Shown here: piece after piece, positions 28,310-32,000 of the stretch
How the letters are laid out: every line of letters starts with the position of its first letter
How positions within the stretch are numbered: position 1 is the stretch's first letter
Assembly (NCBI GenBank): GCA_942492995.1
Contig: OW818653.1
Coordinates: 1,350,001 to 1,382,000, forward strand
Reading direction: 5' to 3'
Length of the DNA: 32,000 bases
From: an uncultured Erysipelotrichaceae bacterium
GTDB taxonomy: Bacteria; Bacillota_I; Bacilli_A; Erysipelotrichales; Erysipelotrichaceae
Translations under genes and position numbers: made by a program
Notes under the pieces: model-generated
The model's database searches: none
Told to the model about the DNA's origin: nothing
Seen by the model: only the letters and a program-made list of their open reading frames with translations

Positions 28310-29783
28310 TAATTAGCTCCATCGCTTTTAATAATTGTATATCTTTTTCAGTCTTTTCAACATTCCAAACACGAACAACTTCTGATCTTAATTTATCCAG
28401 TAAAGCTTTATTTATGATTGGTTCAACGTCTAATTTATATTCATTAATGTATGATTCTAACGCCTTAACTGTTTGGCTAGAGAAATAACCATCTGTTCGA
28501 TCCACATTATAGCCTAAGAAATCAAGTGCCAATTGTGCATCACGAATGGATTCATGAACCGTATCAAATCCATACGCTTCTTCTTCATTTAATTCTGTGA
28601 ATACTTCATGCATAACTGGATGTAGACTAATAACTTCATCCGGTGTAATCCCTACACCATTGATATGATTACCCTTTGGAGTTAACCATTCCGCTACCGT
28701 ATATTTAAGTGCACTACCGTCTGAGAAGGCATGTTGTTGCTGAACAGTACCTTTACCATAGGTTGTTACACCGATGATTGTGGCCCCATTATTTTCTTTG
28801 ATTGCGGCGGTTAGCACTTCAGATGCTGATGCTGAATTCTCATTAACTAATATAATTATTTCATCGAAATCTAAAATAATATTTCCTGTTGATTTAGATA
28901 CTAATTTCTCACCACTGTATACTTCTTGTTGGATAAGAATTCCATCTTTTGGTACAAACATACTACCAATTTCTTCTAATGCGGATAGATATCCACCCCC
29001 ATTATCTCTAACATCAATTATAATATCTTTCGCATTATTCTGTTTGAATAGATTCATATACTGTTCAACTTCATATCCTGTATCTTCACCAAATTGATAA
29101 AGTTCAAGATAGGCTGTATCTTCATCCAACATTTTACCAAATGCGGTATTCTTAATTACACCACGTTTAATATCAAGCGTCACAACTTCTTCGCCTCTTA
29201 AGAAATCAATCTTAACAATTGTATTTTCTTCACCACGAACACGATCCACAAGATCATCGGATGTTAGTCCAACTGTACTTTCTCCATCTATTGCTTGAAT
29301 AATATCACCAGGTTTTACACCAGCTGTTTCTGCTGGAGAACCGATAAATACTCGTTCAATAATAAATGTTCCATTGTTATCGAAATAGGATACACCAATT
29401 CCAACAAATCCTCTATTAATGGATTCAGTAAATGCGGTGACTTGTTCGCTATTCATATAACTTGTATGAATATCACCTGTCCCATCAATCATGCCATTTA
29501 TCGCATCTTCAACTAATTGTGTCTTTAAATCAACTTGATCACGTCCAAAATACCATTCTTCTGTTAATACAGAATAAATAGCTTCTAAGCGATCAAATTC
29601 ACTATTTGATTCAACTGGTACGACTTCATCATTTAATGCGGATTTTAAACTATACCCAAAGCCAACAGATAAAAGAATACTTATTACAAGTATGCTTATT
29701 CTTATCCATCGACTTCTTTTTTCTCTCTTTTCATCCGGCCATTCATACCGTTGAAGTGGAATTCTTACTTTTTTCTGACTCAT
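28302..29783 (-). CDS. S41 family carboxyl-terminal processing protease with PDZ and C-terminal peptidoglycan-binding domains
   Basis: 493 aa. N-terminal TM. PDZ domain ([20 protein letters not shown]). Catalytic region [11 protein letters not shown] with a later K (TYGKGTVQ). PG_binding_1-like tail ([26 protein letters not shown]). Confidence 0.9.
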   Translation of the reverse strand: MSQKKVRIPLQRYEWPDEKREKRSRWIRISILVISILLSVGFGYSLKSALNDEVVPVESNSEFDRLEAIYSVLTEEWYFGRDQVDLKTQLVEDAINGMIDGTGDIHTSYMNSEQVTAFTESINRGFVGIGVSYFDNNGTFIIERVFIGSPAETAGVKPGDIIQAIDGESTVGLTSDDLVDRVRGEENTIVKIDFLRGEEVVTLDIKRGVIKNTAFGKMLDEDTAYLELYQFGEDTGYEVEQYMNLFKQNNAKDIIIDVRDNGGGYLSALEEIGSMFVPKDGILIQQEVYSGEKLVSKSTGNIILDFDEIIILVNENSASASEVLTAAIKENNGATIIGVTTYGKGTVQQQHAFSDGSALKYTVAEWLTPKGNHINGVGITPDEVISLHPVMHEVFTELNEEEAYGFDTVHESIRDAQLALDFLGYNVDRTDGYFSSQTVKALESYINEYKLDVEPIINKALLDKLRSEVVRVWNVEKTEKDIQLLKAMELIND

Positions 29784-29817
29784 ATTATTACCTCAAACAA
29801 CTCCTATTTTAGCACAA

Positions 29818-29842
29818 AGCCGCTAGTTAAATACTAACGGCT
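29818..29842 (-). terminator. Strand-specific hairpin (weak terminator or attenuator) between the M23 and Ctp genes
   Basis: Minus strand reads AGCCGTTAGT-attta-ACTAGCGGCT. This is 10 bp including one U-G wobble, which would be a C-A mismatch on the other strand. It is followed by TTGTGCT, a poor U-tract. Confidence 0.4.
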
Positions 29843-29848
29843 CTTTGA

Positions 29849-31246
29849 TTAATAATACTGTCCATATTTAACCCCAAACACTGAAGCTGGATTCTTTCGA
29901 CATGGAGCACTATTTCCATTATTATCACATCTTCGATCTAACCCGGCATTACCCCATTTATTACCGAAACTTAGATCACCATTCCATGATGCGGCATAAT
30001 CCGCAATTGATTTCGTTCCTAAGTAATGTATTTCAATGTGTAAATGTGGTCCAGTAGAACTACCTGACGAACCAACTTTACCAATTGAATCACCTTGATT
30101 AACAATTCTACCTTGTGTAATTGGTGTATCTTTTTCAAGATGCATGTATATGATTCCATACGTTGCGCCACCAATTGATACTAATAGGATTACTTGATTC
30201 CCTCCACGATTAATTCCAGGAGCTCCACAATTATTACCATAATACCCATATGTTGGACATGCATTCGCACTATACAGTACTACCCCATTCCCAACAGCTC
30301 GTATGTCTGTCCCAACCGGTGCACCTAAATCAATTCCTAGATGAGTTCCACCATATGGATATGTCCATACACTGGCTGTAACTCTAAAGCCTGATGATAT
30401 TGGCCAAATAAAACCATCTGACGTTACTACATTATTTAATGCGGCAGATATATTCTTTAGATTTTTTTGGATTTCACTTAAATTAGACGCAATATAACTT
30501 TCTTTAGCCATCAATTCAGCTTCTTGAGTACGATATTCAAGTAATATTTTCTCAACACTATCCTGTAATTCAATGACAGTTTCACGATTCTTTATTAGAT
30601 TCGCTTTATTTTCTTCGAGTATCAACACTTGTCTTTCAAGTTCTAATTTATCCGCATTAAACGCATTAACTTCCTCTGTTAAACGTTCTATTTCTTGTTT
30701 ATCTGCATTCGTTATATCATTGATTCCTTCAATTCGTCGTACAAGATCCACAAAATCCTGTGCTCCAACAATGAAGTCTATATATGAATTTAAATAAACA
30801 AACGACTGCATACTAATCATACGATTTTGAATAAATGCATCAATCTCGTTGATATTCGCTTGTCGAGCTTCAATATTTATTTTTAATGTATTAATTGATT
30901 CTTCACTGGTTGCGATAGAACTTTCGATGTTCGCAATTGATTTATTTAAATCATCGATTTGTTTCTCATATTTAGTCACATCTGCCGCAAGTTTTAGAAT
31001 ATTGGATTTAATGTCTTTTAATTGATCTCTTAAATCATTTAGATCATCTTGAGCTTGATTTGCTTTTTCATTCACATACGCTTGATACGCACTACATTCA
31101 TCCTTATGATTCTTAGCTTCAACAGAAGAACATAGATTTGAGTAGTAGGCTTCATTCGCCTCAAAATCAATCGCATTAAATTCCTTGTATGGAACTAGCG
31201 TTAATACTAATAATACAAGAACGACATGTAAGATAAGCTTTTTCAT
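29849..31246 (-). CDS. Secreted coiled-coil + M23 peptidase (EnvC/PcsB-analogous FtsEX partner candidate)
   Basis: 465 aa. Signal peptide, about 260 aa of heptad-rich coiled coil, then an M23 domain with intact metal ligands (HLGIDLG and GPHLHIEIH). Its start overlaps the ftsX stop (ATGA). Confidence 0.85.
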   Translation of the reverse strand: MKKLILHVVLVLLVLTLVPYKEFNAIDFEANEAYYSNLCSSVEAKNHKDECSAYQAYVNEKANQAQDDLNDLRDQLKDIKSNILKLAADVTKYEKQIDDLNKSIANIESSIATSEESINTLKINIEARQANINEIDAFIQNRMISMQSFVYLNSYIDFIVGAQDFVDLVRRIEGINDITNADKQEIERLTEEVNAFNADKLELERQVLILEENKANLIKNRETVIELQDSVEKILLEYRTQEAELMAKESYIASNLSEIQKNLKNISAALNNVVTSDGFIWPISSGFRVTASVWTYPYGGTHLGIDLGAPVGTDIRAVGNGVVLYSANACPTYGYYGNNCGAPGINRGGNQVILLVSIGGATYGIIYMHLEKDTPITQGRIVNQGDSIGKVGSSGSSTGPHLHIEIHYLGTKSIADYAASWNGDLSFGNKWGNAGLDRRCDNNGNSAPCRKNPASVFGVKYGQYY

Positions 31247-32000
31247 CGAACTGTCCTCAAGTAACGAGAAACAGAAATGAAACTACCCACTAATCCAACG
31301 GACACTCCTAACATGATGAGAAGATAGGATAATTGAAAGACAAACGGGAATACAGGTCTTAGTTCGAATATATTGGTGAGTAAAACACCATTCAATGATT
31401 CATATAAATATTTATATCCAAATATGCTTATACCAATTGGTATGAGCGACCCGATAAATCCGATTAATAACCCTTCTACTAGAAATGGGGAGCGGATAAA
31501 GCCATTGGTTGCGCCAATTGTACGCATAATCTGTATTTCAGACATTCTTGAATGTATGGACATTTTTATTGTATTAGTAATCAAGAATACCGCGAGCAAG
31601 CCTAATACAAGCACAAGAATTAATCCACTATCTCTTACCGAATTTAATATTTCGATTAATTTTAGCGCATTAAGTCCGCCATAATTAACACTTTCTATCC
31701 CTATCATATTTTCTATTTTCGTAGAAACTTGATCAATCACATTACCTTCAGAAACTTCGATAATAAACGCATTACGTAATGGATTCTTTTCTCCACGATA
31801 CATTTCGAATATTTTGCCTTCTTCGCCATAGGATTCGATAAAGTGGTTTAACTCTTCATCCTTATCAGAGTATTCAACAGCCACAACACCAGGTAATTCT
31901 GAAATATTACGTTTCAAATCCGCGATACCTGTTAAATCAACTTCATTCTTTATTTGTACATGGATTTGAACTTTTGCCTGTACAGAGTCTGTAATTTGTT
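31243..32000 (-). CDS. ftsX: Cell division permease FtsX (C-terminal ~250 aa; the 5' end lies beyond the right edge)
   Basis: The reading frame stays open upstream of the track start (TTG 31917) to the window edge (..ITDSVQAKVQIHVQIKNEVDLTGIADLKRNISELPGV..). It has an extracellular domain followed by four TM helices, with the MRTIGATNGFIRSPF motif. Confidence 0.9.
   Translation of the reverse strand, partial: QITDSVQAKVQIHVQIKNEVDLTGIADLKRNISELPGVVAVEYSDKDEELNHFIESYGEEGKIFEMYRGEKNPLRNAFIIEVSEGNVIDQVSTKIENMIGIESVNYGGLNALKLIEILNSVRDSGLILVLVLGLLAVFLITNTIKMSIHSRMSEIQIMRTIGATNGFIRSPFLVEGLLIGFIGSLIPIGISIFGYKYLYESLNGVLLTNIFELRPVFPFVFQLSYLLIMLGVSVGLVGSFISVSRYLRTVR

Overview
This is a low-GC (roughly one-third GC by eye) Bacillota-type chromosomal core region. 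I cannot name the species. About 80% of the genes are on the minus strand, and their order closely follows Bacillus subtilis. Reading the minus strand from right to left, the genes are: ftsX, a coiled-coil M23 peptidase, an S41 Ctp protease, uvrB, an inserted GH1 6-phospho-beta-glucosidase, uvrA, hprK, an lgt fused to a PpaX-like HAD phosphatase, trxB, rapZ, yvcK, whiA, a LysM-G5-M23 peptidase, cysS, mrnC, rlmB, sigH, rpmG, secE, nusG, an inserted DUF3052-like gene plus flavodoxin, rplK, rplA, rplJ, rplL and a ybxB-like methyltransferase. The plus-strand genes sit in small, accessory-looking islands. The first is VanZ-like, galE, an ATP-grasp ligase, an Asp-type racemase, rmlA and rmlB. The others are an ArAE/FUSC-like membrane protein and an orphan GtrA-like protein. 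I found no tRNA, rRNA, CRISPR array, IS element, prophage or recognisable defence system. I cannot honestly point to a clearly novel multi-gene system. The observations most worth a second look are: (1) a translationally coupled ATP-grasp ligase and racemase pair heading an rmlAB-only operon; (2) a single-ORF Lgt-HAD phosphatase fusion; (3) a MerR-type promoter with a 19-nt spacer in front of a flavodoxin that is wedged into the otherwise universal nusG-rplK junction; (4) a uvrBA pair split by a sugar hydrolase, with uvrA lacking a Shine-Dalgarno sequence and possibly leaderless. All family assignments come from motif recognition and synteny by eye. No database search was run.
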